A stretch of DNA of 64,000 nt from Malacoraja senta (GCA_038087875.1 CM075993.1:3226001-3290000); one strand, 5' to 3'; shown: positions 39,766 through 53,860, counted from the first letter of the stretch. Program-made: numbers and translations. The notes: generated from the sequence alone by a model not told the origin.

Positions 39766-41562
39766 CAATTTTAATCATATTCAACACCTAAATCTTTCAC
39801 AGTGGTGAAAAGGGCCTTGGTGTAATGATCAGAGAAGAGCTAAACAAAGTGACCAAAGAGCACCTACAGACAAATAGATGGTGAGTTACCCCTCAGGTTC
39901 CTTTTAAATCTTTCACCTCTCACCTTAAACCAATGTCCTCAGCTTCTTGATTCCCCTACGCCATTCCCCACATGAGTTTATACAACTCCTTAAGATCACC
40001 CTCCTTTTCCTGCACTCCAGGGAATAAATTCTTTACTTGCCCAACGTCTCCCTAACCTCCTCTGCCTCAGTGGAGGCCAGTTCTCTGGATACTTTCAAAA
40101 GAGAGCTAGACAGGGCTCTTAAAGATAGCAGAGTCAGGGGATATGGGGAGAATGCCGGAACGGGGTACTGATTGGGGATGATCAGCCATGATCACAATGA
40201 ATGGTGGTGCTGGCTCGAAGGGCCAAATGCCTACTCCTGCACCTATTGTCTATTGCCTAAAGCTCAGGCCCTCAAGTTCTGGCAACATCTTCGTAAATCT
40301 TCCACGCACTCTTTCCAGTTTAACAATGTTTCCGACAGCAGGGTGACCAAAACTGAACACAATATTCCTAATGTGGCCTCACCAACTTCTTGTAGAACTG
40401 TAACATAACATTCCAACTTCCATACTCAATACCCTGACTGATGAAACTCAAGTTTAGCATCAATGAACACCCATCTATTGACATAACCCATCTTCTCTGC
40501 TACACTTCTCAACTTTGCTCACGATAAGATTGTGTCTGTTACCCACTTGCAGTGGGCAACTTTATGGTCATCAAGGATACCAGACAGTCCTTAACTGATC
40601 CATCATGCATGCATGCCGTCAGAATAACAGTGGGTGAGATAGTGGTGCAGCTTATAGAGCTGCTGCCTCTCAGCGTATAGACCCAAGTTCGATCCTGACC
40701 ACTGGTGCTGTCTGTGGGAAATTGCACATTCTTCCAGTGACCCATGCATTTCCTCTGGTTGATCGGTTTCCCGCCCTTATTGAGAAGGGAGTGAATGAGA
40801 AAGTGGGATAACATAAAACTAGTGTGACTAATGGTAGACGTGGACTCTAAACCGTGGATAGACTAAATAATCTTGGCCAAGTGCCATCTTTAGCATGTAT
40901 CAATGGAATCAACATATGCAGGGGATTGTAAACCTCTCCCATAGAAAGCAGGACACAAAATCTTGGAGAAACAAAACTGAAAGATAGCTGGAGAAATAAG
41001 CACCTGCAGATGTTGGTTTAATCAAAAGGACACAAAATGCTGGAGTAACTCAACGGGTCAGGCAGCATCTCTGGAGAGCAAGAATGGGTGATGTTTTGGG
41101 TTGAGGCCCTTCTTCTACCTGTCTTGCTGAATTACTCCAGCATTATGTGTCCATCTTCAGTGGAAACCAGTATCTGCAGTCCCATCCTCTACATCTGCCT
41201 CCCCCCTCAAAATTCCTTCTGCCACATTAACCCTTGTGAAGCATGCCGCCAAATCCCCTCAAAACCTGGAGTCGGGCCCAACCCCTCTCCAGACCTAAAG
41301 GGGGCACCGCAAACCACCAAAACCTGGAGGGAGGTGTGTGCCCCCAAACAGCCCTCCCCTCCCCTCCTCCAACCCTCCAACTCCCCCCCTCCCACCACCC
41401 TTCCAACCCCTCCTCCCCCCCCTCCCCTCCTCAAACGTGTTCCCCCAAACGCCAAGATTGTGAGGTGGGGGGGGGGGGGGATGTGTGAGACCCCACACCC
41501 AGCCCAGAACCGGGAGGAGCGCCCCAACGTGAGTGTCCCTGTCCCCCCGGCGCCGCCATTAC

Positions 41563-41625
41563 CGAGGGCCCGGGTTGCTGCGGCAACGCGACGTCCACCG
41601 GCCGCTGAAGCTCCGCCGCCTCCAT
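41563..41625 (-). CDS. FAM219B: FAM219B exon 1 (MEAAELQRPVDVALPQQPGPS)
   Basis: gcgATGG Kozak-like start in a CpG island; gtaatg donor; 63 nt, phase 0, fits exon 2; the poorly conserved N-terminus is assigned by position and phase. Confidence 0.7.
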
Positions 41626-41639
41626 CGCATCACATCGCC

Positions 41640-42280
41640 CCGCGCTCGGCACTTCCGGTCAGCTGACCGCGGCAGCGGCTCCGCCCCTTGGTGACGTGAA
41701 ATAGACCCCGCCCCTGGTGACGTAAAATAGAGACCCCGCCCCCTAGTGACGTGTCATATAGACCCCGCCCCCGTGTGACGTAAATAGAGACCCCTCCTCC
41801 TAGTGACGTAACCTAAAGACCCCGCCCCATGATGAGGTTAACTGGAGACCCCGCCCCCCTGGTGACGTAAAATAGAGACCTCGCCCCCTAGTGAGGTATC
41901 CTATAGACCCCGCCCCCTGGTGACGTAAAAGAGACTCCGCCCCTGGCGACGTGAACTAGAGACCCAGCCCCCTGGAGACGTAAAATAGAGACCCCGCCCC
42001 CTGGTGACGTATGATGGACACAACGACCGCCCTCCCAGAAACGTCATTATGTCCCCGCCCTTCATGACGCGTGATGGAATCCCCGCCCCTCGGTGACGTT
42101 TACATGAAATCCCGCCCTTCTGTGATGTGTACGTGAAACCACGCCCCTCTCTGTGACGTGTCTTACAGTCCCCGCCCCCCCCCGGTGATGTATACATGTC
42201 CCCGCCCCCCGATGACGTCGCGGAGCTCGGCCCCCGCCCCGTTGACGTGTATTGGAGACCCCGCCCCTCTGTGACGACCC
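41640..42280 (-). promoter_or_regulatory. FAM219B promoter: ETS-type site (CACTTCCGG 41650) plus tandem array of ~21 GC-box/CRE-like units (~29 bp)
   Basis: Repeating gaCCCCGCCCC-N3-5-gTGACGT unit starting ~55 bp upstream of the ATG; CpG-rich. Confidence 0.75.
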
Positions 42281-45200
42281 ACGCATTCCCCCCCCCTCCC
42301 GGGTCCTAGCGCCCACCCTCCGGCTCAGCATCAGCTCAGCTCCCCCGGGTCCTAGCGCCCACCCTCTCTCTACACCCAACTCTCTCATCTCCTCCACCCT
42401 CTGGAGAGAAGATACAGGAGCTGAAAACCTCATATGTCCTCTACGGGTGTCAGAGGTCATGGGGAGGTGGCAGGAGAATGGGACTAGAAGGGAGTAATAG
42501 ATCAGCCGTGACTGAATGGCGGAATAGACCTGATGGGCCGAATGGCCTAATTCTGCTCCTATCCCTTACGAACATGATTTAAGAACAGCTTCTTCCCCAC
42601 TGCTATCAGACTCCTGAACCCATCACACCTTTCACATCGATGATAGACACAAAATGCTGGAGTAACTGTCTGAAGTGATTGATCTTCAGAAGGGTCTCGA
42701 CCAGAGATGCTGCCTGTCCTGCTGAGTTACTCCAGCATTGTGTGTCTATGTTGAATGAGAATTTGTTTCTTTCTGCCATCTAGTGCCCAGTTGAAGAACA
42801 GCGTCAGCAGAATCACTCAACATGGACAAAGACCCTTCGGCCCCACTGAGTTTGTGTCAACCATCAAACGTCCATTTACATTAACCCATGTTTACACCAA
42901 CTCTATGTTCTACTCTGTCCATATTCTCCTCCACGCCCCCAATATTTATCACACGCCCCCTCATGCAACAGACAAGATTTGTTATATTTCATTATCTCAT
43001 CGTTTCATTAAGAATGTTTTTTATTGTATATGACCCAAAATTCTCACTTGCAGCAGCACAACAGATATGTAGACAAAGTACTGTGTAAACACTATCATAA
43101 GCAACATAAAGAAGTTCACTATATCAAAAAACAATCAATAATAGTGGAAAGACAAAAGCAATGCCCCTGAAATCTAAGGTAGACAAAAATGCTGGAGAAA
43201 CTCAGCGGGTGAGGCAGCATTTATGGAGCGAAGGAAATCCTCACCCAAATCCTCATCCTCATCCAGCATTTTTGTCTACCTTCGATTTTCCAGCATCTGC
43301 AGTTCTTTCTTAAACAACCCCTCAAATCTATGTAGTTCAGAGTTTATTTGAGGTTGTGGTGTTTAATAGCCTGATGGCTGTAAGGAAGAAGCTGTTCCTG
43401 AACCTGGACGTTACAGTTTTCAGGCTCCTGTACCTTCTTCCTGATGGCAGGGGTGAAGTGAGAGCGTGGTCAGGGTGGTGTGGGTCTCTGATGATGCTGG
43501 CTGCCTTTTTGGCTCCTGTAGACTCCTGCAGATCCCTTCGATGGTGGGGAGGTCAGTACCCATGGACTGGGCAGTGTTCATCGCCTTTTGCAAGTCTTCT
43601 TCGTATGAAGTCGGACATCGGCACAATGAACGGCAGATGCTGGAGCCTTGAGCAAGAAACATAAAGTGCCGGAGTAACTTAGCAGTTCAGGCAGCACCAC
43701 TGGAGAACATGGATAGGCGACGATTCGGGTCTGGATCCTTATTCGGAGATGCTACCTGACCATCTGGGCTACTCCAGCACTTGTGTTTTTCCCTCCACTA
43801 AGGATGGGACCCAACCTAAAACGTCATATGCCCTTTCCCTCCACAGATGCTGCCTGGCCCGCTGAGTTTATCCAGCAGCTTTTTTTAATCACGATTCCAC
43901 ATCTGCGGTTTCTTGCATTTTCCGCAGTAATACACCGAAGTTTAGACACACCATTTGTCATGTTTTGTTTTGCTTTGAAGTAAATATGGTGAAATAAGTT
44001 GCAGTCCCACTCATCTGTTCTCATTCAGTAATCCCAGAGTGACTCACTATATTGGCTGGGACATTCAACAGAGTTAAAAAGTAATTTTGGAAATTCCCTG
44101 CCATTTTTCACATTAAGCACACAGACTGACTCTGTATCCTAACCACTGGACAACCAAATCCAACCTTGTCACCTCCCTACCTCCGTCTCCTCCTTTAGGT
44201 GCAGTGTCATGGACTCATACAATGTGGAAACAGGCCCTTTGGTCCAACTTGTCCCATCTCTACACTAATCCCACCTGCCCGCGTTTGGCCCAAATCCCTC
44301 TAAACCTGTCCTATCCATGCACCACTGCCATTGGGAAGGAGGTACAGGAGCCTGAAACCTGTAATGTTCTGGTTCAGGGACAGCTTCTTCCTTACAGCCA
44401 TCAGGCGATTAAACACTACAACCTCATATAAGCTCTGAGCTACATAGACTATTATTGTTATAATTAATATTATTGCACTATTATTTGTTTTTTGAGTATG
44501 TGTGTATATGTATGTGTGTATATATATGTATGTATATTAAGAATCAAGAGTTTATTGTCATGTGTCCCTGATAGGACAATGAAATTCTTGCTTTGCTTCA
44601 GCACAACAGAACATAGTAGGAATTGACTACAAAACAGATCAGTGTGTCCATATACCATTATATACGTAAATACACACATGAATAAATAAACGGATAAAGT
44701 GCAAATAACAGATAATGGACTATTAATGTTCAGAGTTTTGTCCGAGCCAAGTTTAATAGCCTGATAGCTGTGGGGAAGCAGCTATTCCTGAACCTGGTCG
44801 TTGCAGTCTTCAGGCTCAAATATATATGTGTACTTGTGAGAATGTGTTTATTTACACACACTGAACTTTTTTTCTCTCTCTCATTTATTATATTGTTTAT
44901 AGTGTACTATGCCTACATATTCTGTTGTGCTGCTGCAAGTAAGAATTTCATTGTTCTATCTGGGACACAGGGCAATAAAACACTCGTGAATCTCATCCTG
45001 TCCAATTATTTCTCAAATGTTGCAATAGTCCCGGCCTCAACTACCTCCTCTGGCAGCTCGTTCCAAACACTCATTACCCTTTATGTGAAAAATTTACTCC
45101 TCGGGTTTTTATTAAATATTTCCCCCTCAATCTTAAACCTTGAGTCCTCTGGTCCTCGATTGCCCTACTCAGGGCAAGAGACTCCGTGCGTCTACCCGAT

Positions 45201-46747
45201 CTATTCCTCTCATGGTTTTGTACACCTCAATAAGATCACCCCTCGCCCTCCTGCGCTCCAAGTCCTAAACTGCTCAACCCTCGTCCTCCACCTTTGCATG
45301 GGCACAGAAGACTCACCAACAACAAAACATGAATTATCAGTTCCTCTACGCAATCAAGACAGTGATAATGCAAAAAAAGAAGTATGGTAAATGTCCAAAG
45401 AGGAATTGTGCCGCTGTAACACGAAGCAGAACTCAAGTTGTATCATGAGAACAGCAACAATTTTCCACATTCTTGTGGTTACTGTAACTTGGATGAACCT
45501 TATGTTGCAATTGATCAATTCGCTCAAGGCATGCATTTAAACTTTAGACACAAAAAGTTGGAGTAAGTCAGCAGGTCAGACAGCATAGTCATACAGCATG
45601 GAAACAGGCCCTTCGGCCCAACTTCCCCACACCGGCCAACATATCCCAGCTACACTAGTTCCACCTGCCCGCGTTTGATTCATATCCCTCCAAACCTGTC
45701 CTATCCATGTACCTGTTTCTTAAATGTTGGGATAGTCCCAGCCTCAACTACCTCCTCTGGCAGCTTGTTCCATACACCCACCACCCTTTGTGTGAAAGTT
45801 ACCCCTCAGATTCCTATTCAATCTTTTCCCCTTCACCTTAAACCTATGTCCTCTTGATCCTCGATTCACCTACACTAGGCAAGAGACAGCCTACTCAACC
45901 GCTCCCTATAGCTCAAACCTTCTAGTCCTGGCAACATCCTCGTAAATCTTTTCTGCAGCCTTTCCAGCTTGACAACATCTTTCCTATAACCTGGTGCCCG
46001 GAACTGAACACAATACTCTAAATGTGGCCTCACCAACGTCTTATACAACTGCAACATGGCCTCCCATCAACTCTGGAGAAAAGGAATAGGTGATGATTCA
46101 GGTCAAGTCGACCCAAAAATCACCTACTCCTTTTCTCCAGAGATACTGTCTGACCGGCTGAGTCACTCCACCTTTTTGTATCTATCATTGTGTAATATAA
46201 TTGCTTAATATTGCTTTCTTAAATATTATTCCTTAAATGTAAAGACGTGCATTATCAAGATATTGAAATTATATTTATTTATCAATTTTTTTCTGATTTG
46301 ATGAAGTTATTTGAATTCCTTCAAACTACGTGATGAAGCAAAATCTCGATTGCCACACACACCATCCTGGAGCCATTTGCGATTTTCCGTAGTTATTTTT
46401 TAAACACTCCCTGGACAACATTAATTGTTCAGTTCTGTCAGATCTCAGAAAATGATCTAAATGAAAACCAGGTGGTTGTCAGCACCTGTCTCACTCATGG
46501 CAAACTAAAAAGCCTTTTACCTAATTTAATGGACATTCTCAAATCCTTGCATGACTTTGCCACTCCCTAACTGTCATCCGATCCTGTTACAACACTTTGT
46601 AAGCTGTGCAGCAGATCGTTGACCACATTAGCGACGCAGTGGTGCTGGTTTCCGACGGGAACGGTGACGGAAGCACCACACATCTCTGTCCTCCAGTTCC
46701 TGCGGACTTCCGCCGCTGGAAGTCTAGGATGTTGGTGTGTGTGTGTG

Positions 46748-47012
46748 CTTTATCATCATTCCTTACAATGCCGTGTATGACAGTGATCGCAACTTCTACT
46801 GAAGTGTGTGGATGGCCGTTGGCTCGCTAGGAGCTCATCCGCCCTTTGACGGGTTTCGTTTTTGGTCCTGCTGGGGGTCCACAGCCCCCTCCTCACCTGG
46901 CAAACTAGGTGGGGGAGACGGTTTAGTCGCCGACTATCCTACCATGGAGCAGGTAGCACGGGATTACATGGTACCCGTGGCGGGGGGAACTCCCCCCGAC
47001 CTGACCTGGTCG
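46748..47012 (-). mobile_element. Putative short RTE-like non-autonomous element
   Basis: GC-rich structured block ending in ACACGGCATTGTAAGGAATGATGAT on the minus strand; single copy here, so family assignment is by resemblance only. Confidence 0.3.
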
Positions 47013-47614
47013 GGTATGAGTGCCAAACATTGCCAGAGCCAAAGATCTAAAATTCCCTTCTACAGCAGCTTTTTACTTCTGTTTTTCTCCTCTACCATGT
47101 TTGGATTTACAATCCACTTGCTTTGAACCATATGCCCTGCTATACTTCTTCTCATTTGATTCAGTGTCAAATTAGTCCTAATTTCACCATAGAACAGTAC
47201 AGCACAGAAACGGGCCCTTCGGCCCACAATGTCTGTGCTGTACATGATGCCTAATCTTCTCTGCCTGCACGTGATCCATATTCTTCCATTTCCTGCATAT
47301 CTAAAAGCCTCTTAAACGCCACTATCGTTTCTGCCTACACCATTACCCTTGGCAAGCACGTTCCAGGCACCCACCACTACATGTATATAGAACAACGAAC
47401 ATAGTACAGCACACAGGAACAGGTTTGCACTTACAATCCACCTGCTTTGAACCATGTTGCCCTGATATCCCCTGCTATAAGCTATTCCTAATTTCAATTT
47501 CAATTTATATTTTCACCAATTGAATTATTTTTTTAATTGAAAAAGATTACTCATGATGCCAGACCCACTGAGAATTTCCATCCCTTTGTACATTAATTCC
47601 TTATTTAAACCCAT

Positions 47615-48028
47615 CATCAGCTCTGACCTCCCTACCATCGAGGGGATCTATCGCAGTCGCTGCCTCAAAAAGGCTGGCAGTATCATCAAGGACCCACACC
47701 ATCCTGGCCACACACTCATCTCCCCGCTGCCTTCAGGTAGAAGGTACAGGAGCCTGAAGACTGCAACGTCCAGGTTCAGGAATAGCCGCTTCCCCACAGC
47801 CATCAGGCTATTAAACTCAACTCAAACAAAACTCAGAACATTAATAGCCATTATCTGTTTATTTATACTTTATCTGTTTATTTATTCATGTGTGTATATA
47901 TTTATATAATGGTATATGGACACACTGATCTGTTCTGTATTCATGCCTACTATATTCTGTTGCAAGAAAGCAAGAATTTCATTGTCCTATCTGGGACACA
48001 TGACAATAAACTCTCTTGAATCTTGAAT
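47615..48028 (+). mobile_element. Rex1/Babar-like LINE 3' end
   Basis: LPTIEGIYRSRCLKKAGSIIKDPHHPGHTLISPLPSGRRYRSL..RFRNS.FPTAIRLLN plus AATAAA and (CTTGAAT)n tail. Confidence 0.75.
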
Positions 48029-49006
48029 TGTTCAAATTGGTCTTTCATCTCTTGGTTATTTGTGGGGGTGCAGTGGAAAATGAATTGCAGAACACCAAAA
48101 GCAATTCATTACATGTCTCCATTGGGTGACTTTATGCTCTCAACCTGCTGTCTCAGTAATACCACTGTTGGAAAGCAAGTAACTTGCTTGCACTGATATT
48201 TGGCCTTGGCTTGTGTTACAACCATTGCATCAGGAGAAAATTCAACAGGAGTTCTTTAAAACACCCATGTATTACGCGGCTAAAATTGTGTGCATGTACC
48301 TTGATTGTCCCTGACTCTTAATGTATAAGAAGGAACTGCAGATGCTGATGTACACCAAAAATAGACACAAAATGCTGGAGTAACTCAGCGAGTCAGGCTG
48401 CATCTCTGGAGAAAAAAATAGGTGACGTTTCGTGTCGAGACTCTTCAGTGTCGGATGAAGGTTCTCGACCCGAAACGTCACCCGTTCCTTTCCGCCAGAG
48501 ATGCTGACTGACCGGCTGAGTTACTCCAGCATTTTGTGTCTCTTATTCAAGCAAAACCGATCAAATGCAAGACAACACTCCGGCAGCACCCTGCCTATTA
48601 TTTCAGCGCGTGAAAAAGATAATTTCACACCTTCCAAGAAAAAAAGCAGGGAAAAAAATTGCCAGTGCATTTAATCTGCAGATCACAATAAGAGGAAATA
48701 CATTAGACAGATGCAGTCTATGAACAGCGCAAAGGAAACCACAGAGAATCTGTTATGATGAAATACCACTTACTTATTAATTTTAAATGAGTATCTTTTC
48801 AGCCAACCGTCATCAATTTTTTAGCTTGTTATCTCTGAAGAGACTCCATTTTTTATAGGTCAATGTGGAAGCAGAGCAAAAATGGGACATTAAAACAGCT
48901 CTTCAGACCCAGCATTCATTGAATCATCTACGTTCCCTCATGTGATTCAGCATAAACAGGAAGGCTTTGGTGATAACTCACGTCCTGCAGTTTTTGTGAA
49001 GAGTAA

Positions 49007-49360
49007 AGGGCCTGTCCCACTTTCACGACTTAATTCATGACCTTTTTTATTCGTGGACATTTTTCATCGAGCTAGAAAAAAACCCCGACCTACTTGATGC
49101 CACGAGTACCTACGACTAGCATCACGGGTCTAAAGGGTTCCGGCCCGAAACGTTGCCTATTTCCTTCGCTCTATAGATGCTGCTGCCCCCGCTGAGTTTC
49201 TCCAGCACTTTTGTCTACCTTCGATTTTCCAGCATCTGCAGTTCCTTCTTAAACACCAGCATCACGGCCTGCTACGACCTACCTACGACCTCGTGACGAC
49301 CATGCTGCGAGTATGAGTCAAGGGCAAAATGGCAGAGGTCGTGAAAGTGGGACAGGCCCT
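49007..49360. mobile_element. PIF/Harbinger-like MITE subfamily A with nested PLE fragment (49128-49257)
   Basis: Same TIR and interior as 865-1094; TAA TSD; nested insertion flanked by AGCATCACGG (49118-49127, 49258-49267). Confidence 0.88.
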
Positions 49361-50694
49361 TAACAGCAAAGATCTATGAAAAAGCAATGAACCCACACGT
49401 CGCGGTGTTGTGAACGTGGAGGTTCAAAACTCGCTGGCCACCAGCTGAAGTTCAGAATTACATGGGTTTTGCTGGACTGCAAGTGAATTTCAAATGTGGT
49501 TTCAAATGCAGGTTTGTGCTGCAGCTATTATTTTGCAACTCAAGCTTGACGTTCTTTGTGGTGTTTGTTGATTGAGGCATTAGGATGTTGTTGTTCACAT
49601 TACGAGGGTTTCACCAATTTACAGGAAGCAGGCAATGGCCATCTATAAAGTACTTTGGTAGTGTGGTCGTTGTAGAGATATGGATAAGTGTATTGTGCCT
49701 GTCTCTCTCTCTCCTCTCTCACACACAGACATATTCTGGCTCAACACACAAACTTCATCCTCCCTCTATCTTGATCATTTGTCTCCATATGTCAAAGGGC
49801 GGCACAGTAGTAGAGTTGCTGCCTTACAGCACCAGAGACCCGGGTTCGATCCTGACGATGGGTGCTGTCTTTACGGAGTTTGCACATTCTTCCTGCGACC
49901 TCGTGGGTTTTCTCCAGGCGCTCCAGATTCCTGCCACTGTTGCTCGTTACCCCAGAAGGAAGCAGCCCCCCCACTCCACACTCCATCCCAGGAATGACGC
50001 CACCCAAAGCCTACAGCCTAGCCCAGAAAACTAACTGCTCAATACTACACAATGACCGTACGTCCTCAGATTCTTCTCAAAATAGTGTGAGCAAGCTACC
50101 CAAATGGCCTCACGGAGAAACAGCATCTGACAACTATCACAGCCGTTAAAGACAGCATTGGTACGAACATTGACAAGTTGAAGCTGCCGCCACCTGGAAT
50201 TACTAGTGCTTTTGGCAGCCCAGACTTTGACAGGGAATGATTGTGCATGCATTATCATTGGGTTCATGATCAGCACGTGCTCCATCGATGTAGAAGGTTC
50301 AACCAGTCCCGGCCCAGGGTCCGATCACTCGGCACGGGGGAGCTGAGATCCCACCCCGGGCGATGCGGGAGCTTGATCGCCTCGACGCGGAGGGCCCAAA
50401 TGCCGCCGGCTGCGACCGTCAAGATCGTCCCGTCAACGGAAGACTCGAGGCCCCCCAACCGCTGGCACACAAAGAAGGGAAGAGATTGAACTTTTTTTTC
50501 TCTGTCCATCACAGTGAGGAATGTGGAGGAGTCACTGTGGTGGATGTTTATGCTAAAATGTACTTGGTGTGTTTTGTTGCTTTTTATTGGTATGACTATG
50601 GCAAATGAAATTCCTCGTATGTTGCAAAACATACTAGGCTAATAAAGTAATTATGATTACGATGATATAAATCTGTTCAAACAGCAGGTATCAA

Positions 50695-50836
50695 TGTATC
50701 AGGCCACTGTTTATTGAACTGAGTTCATAGGGAAACAGAATACATACAACAGAACAGAATTAAATGTTCGATAGTAATATTTCACACTGTATCTTGTATC
50801 ATGTACAATCACATCAAATGAAGGTCTGGAAACCGT
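50695..50836 (-). other. COX5A: Candidate non-coding terminal (3'UTR) exon of COX5A
   Basis: Polypyrimidine acceptor cttttctcttccag ending at 50837; AATAAA on the minus strand at 50715-50710; unique AT-rich sequence. Alternative candidates exist near 52130-52520. Confidence 0.4.
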
Positions 50837-51667
50837 CTGGAAGAGAAAAGATGTTGAATAATGTCAGGCAAATTCCTTTTGATCTCATTCAAACTGAACA
50901 AAGTTGCCAATAAATATAGGAAATCAGGCAATAGAAAACATCAAGGATATTATGTGCATGAAGGAACTGCAGACGCTGGTTTAAACCGAAGATAGACACA
51001 AAAAGCTGGAGTAACTCAGTGGGACAAGCAGCATCTCTGGAGAAGGGTCTCGACCCGAGACGTCGCCCATTCCATCTCACCAGAGATGCTGCCTGTCTCT
51101 GCTGAGTTACATGTAAAAGTGCTACATTTAAGCACATAATTTTGTTTGCAGGAAAAAGGAACTGCAGATGCTGGAATCTTGAGCAAAAGACAAAGTGCAG
51201 GAGGAATTCAGCACGTCAGGCAGCACCTGTGAGGGAGTGGATGGGCGAAGTTTCCATTTGCGACCCTTAGTCAGTCATACAGCGTGAAAACAGGCCCTTC
51301 GGCCCAACTAGCACACGCTCTTCAGACTCATTTCTTCCAAGGCCCGAACCGAAATCTCACATCGATTCCCTCCACAGATGCTGCCTAATGCCAAGTTACT
51401 CAAACACTGTGTGTTTTACTTAAGTTGTTCAGAACCAGATTCGATCTTGTAACAGCAGTAATAAAGGCAACCAGCATTTTATTTTTACAAGCTGCCCTGA
51501 CAAATCTAGACATGATGACATTTTCAGTCCCACCTACAGATCTGCCGTCAGCTGAAATGGCTGCACCTCAAAGATCCAGGCACAAAAAAATGATGCAACA
51601 ACAATAAGTGCCGGTTGCGTGGGTCATACAAGCCTGGTTATTAAATGTCAGTAATCTTAGGTTGGGA

Positions 51668-51954
51668 GGGCACGGTGGCGCAGCCATAGAGTTGCTGCCT
51701 TACAGCGCTGGAGACAATGGTTCTATCCTGACTGTCTGTACGGAGTTTGTACGTTCTCCCCGTGGGTTTATCTCTGAGATCTTCAGTTTCCTCCCACACT
51801 CCAAAGACATACAGGTATGTAGGTATACTGGCTTGGCATAAGTGTAAATTGTCCCTACTATGTAGGATAGTGTTAACGTGCGGTGATCGCTGGTTGGTGC
51901 GGACTCGGTGGGTCGAAGGGCCTGTTTCCGCGGTGTATCTCTAAACTAAACTAA
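51668..51954 (+). mobile_element. tRNA-derived V-SINE (HE1-like)
   Basis: GGCACGGTGGCGCAG head to (CTAAA)n tail. Confidence 0.85.
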
Positions 51955-52833
51955 GAGGTTGGCATTTTTGAATGATCACAGGCGCAGAAAAGCAATCTAA
52001 AATTGGTTGAAGATAGATGCAATGCATCAAGGTACGTCAAGCAATCACTTTCCATTCAGTGCAAGGGTTGAATCACAAAATCCAACAATGTATTGGCTCA
52101 AGAAGCATCCAATATCAAATTATTACTTTGCTTTATTGAAAAGTAGTAATGTTGCTTGATTCTGAAATGTTTCACCGACAAAGCAATATTTTAGACCGAG
52201 TCATTTGCAACAAAAACCATTAATTACATGAAGATGTCAAATGACGCAATGGTCTAGAAAGGTGGAGTAGGTATCATTTTTATTGAGGCGACAGTATCTT
52301 TAAAAATCTAAACGCTAGTGGAATAAATGAGAAATCTATACCAAAGTCAACATGTTTTTTCAGAGCCATTTCATTAAAAACAGAAGGCAATTGATGAAGG
52401 CAATTGATGAAATTTCCAACTCATTAATAAATTTATCACCTTCTCTAGATTAACCTATTACAAGTGAAGAATGGCGACTCAGTCAGCACACCCATGGATC
52501 ATTTTTAATGAAGCCTTGAAATTTTCTACTACAAAAGTCAACAAGTAAGAACAAAGCGAACTGCTCGTGCAACTCGATAGACACAAAATGCTGGAGTAAC
52601 TCAGCGGGACAGGCAGCATCTCTGGAGAGAAGGATTGGGTGACGTTTTGGGTGGAGACCCTTCTTCAGACACTTCTCGACCCGAAACGTCACCCATTCTT
52701 TCTCTCTAGAGATGCTGCCTGTCCCGCTGAGTTACTCCAGCATTTTGTGTCTGTCTTCGGTTTAAACCAGCATCTGCAGTCTCTTCCTACACACTGCTAG
52801 TGTAACTCAATGGGTCAGGCAGCACAGTGGACG

Positions 52834-53860
52834 CAAAGGGATGGTTGTCAATTCAAGACCAGGAAACATTGACTATCCCTCTGCCTCATGTGCTGAGTGC
52901 CTCCAGCAGTTTGGGGTTTTTTGCTCCAGATTCCAGCATGTGCAGTTTCTTGCACCTCCAAGACTTTAAGAGTGTCTGAATGCATTAAAGATAAAGCTCT
53001 TAAATGCATTAAAGCTCTTAAAGATAGCAGAGTCACTCAAGGGATATTTATGAGAAGGCAGGAACGGGGTACTGAATGTGGATGATCAGCCATAATCACA
53101 GTGAATGGCACTGTTGGCTCGAAGGGCCGAATGGGCTACTCCTGCACCGATAGTCTATCAGGAAGAATCCAAAGTCCAGGATCATTCCAGCTTTGTGCAC
53201 ATGGGGATATAGATTCTATTAATAGGAAATTTCTGAAGGCTAACAGACCATAATATGGGATCAAGTTAAACTCCTTAAATCAATTGAAAATAATTTAAGA
53301 GTTTAACAGAAGGTACACAAAAGTGCTGGAGAAACTCAGCGGGTGCAGCAGCATCTATGGAGGGAAGGAGATAGCAACGTTTCGGGCCGAAACCCTTCTT
53401 CAGACTTTCAATTGATTTAAGGAGTTTAACTTGATCCCATATTATGGTCTGTTAGCCTTCAGAAATTTCCTATTAATAGAATCTATATCCCCATGTGCAC
53501 AAAGCTGGAATGATCCCGGTCTTTGGATTCTTCCTGATAGACTATAGGTGCAGGAGTAGGCCATTCGGCCCTTCGAGCCAGCAGTGCCATTCACTGTGAT
53601 CATGGCTGATCATCCCCAATCAGTACCCCGTTCCTGCCTTCTCATAAATATCCCCTGGGTGACTCTGCTATCTTTAAGAGCTTTAATGCATTTAAGAGCT
53701 TTATCATTAATGCATTCAGACACTCTTGAAGTCTTGGAGGTGCAAGAAACTGCACATGATGGGAATCTGGAGCCAAAAAAACAAACTGCTGGAGGCACTC
53801 AGCACATGAGGCAGAGGGATAGTCAATGTTCCTGGTCTTGAATTGACAACCATCCCTTTG
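52834..53860. repeat. Long inverted repeat: arms 52834-53289 and 53406-53860, ~116-bp spacer containing a PLE fragment
   Basis: Arms read as reverse complements with scattered mismatches; the ORF track shows near-identical peptides on opposite strands (52848/53584, 52897/53610). Confidence 0.95.

Noticed and set aside
41680..42280. CRISPR-like appearance (conserved block plus variable spacer)
   Set aside because: Eukaryotic context, no cas genes, period only ~29 bp, and spacers are related to each other; it is a minisatellite
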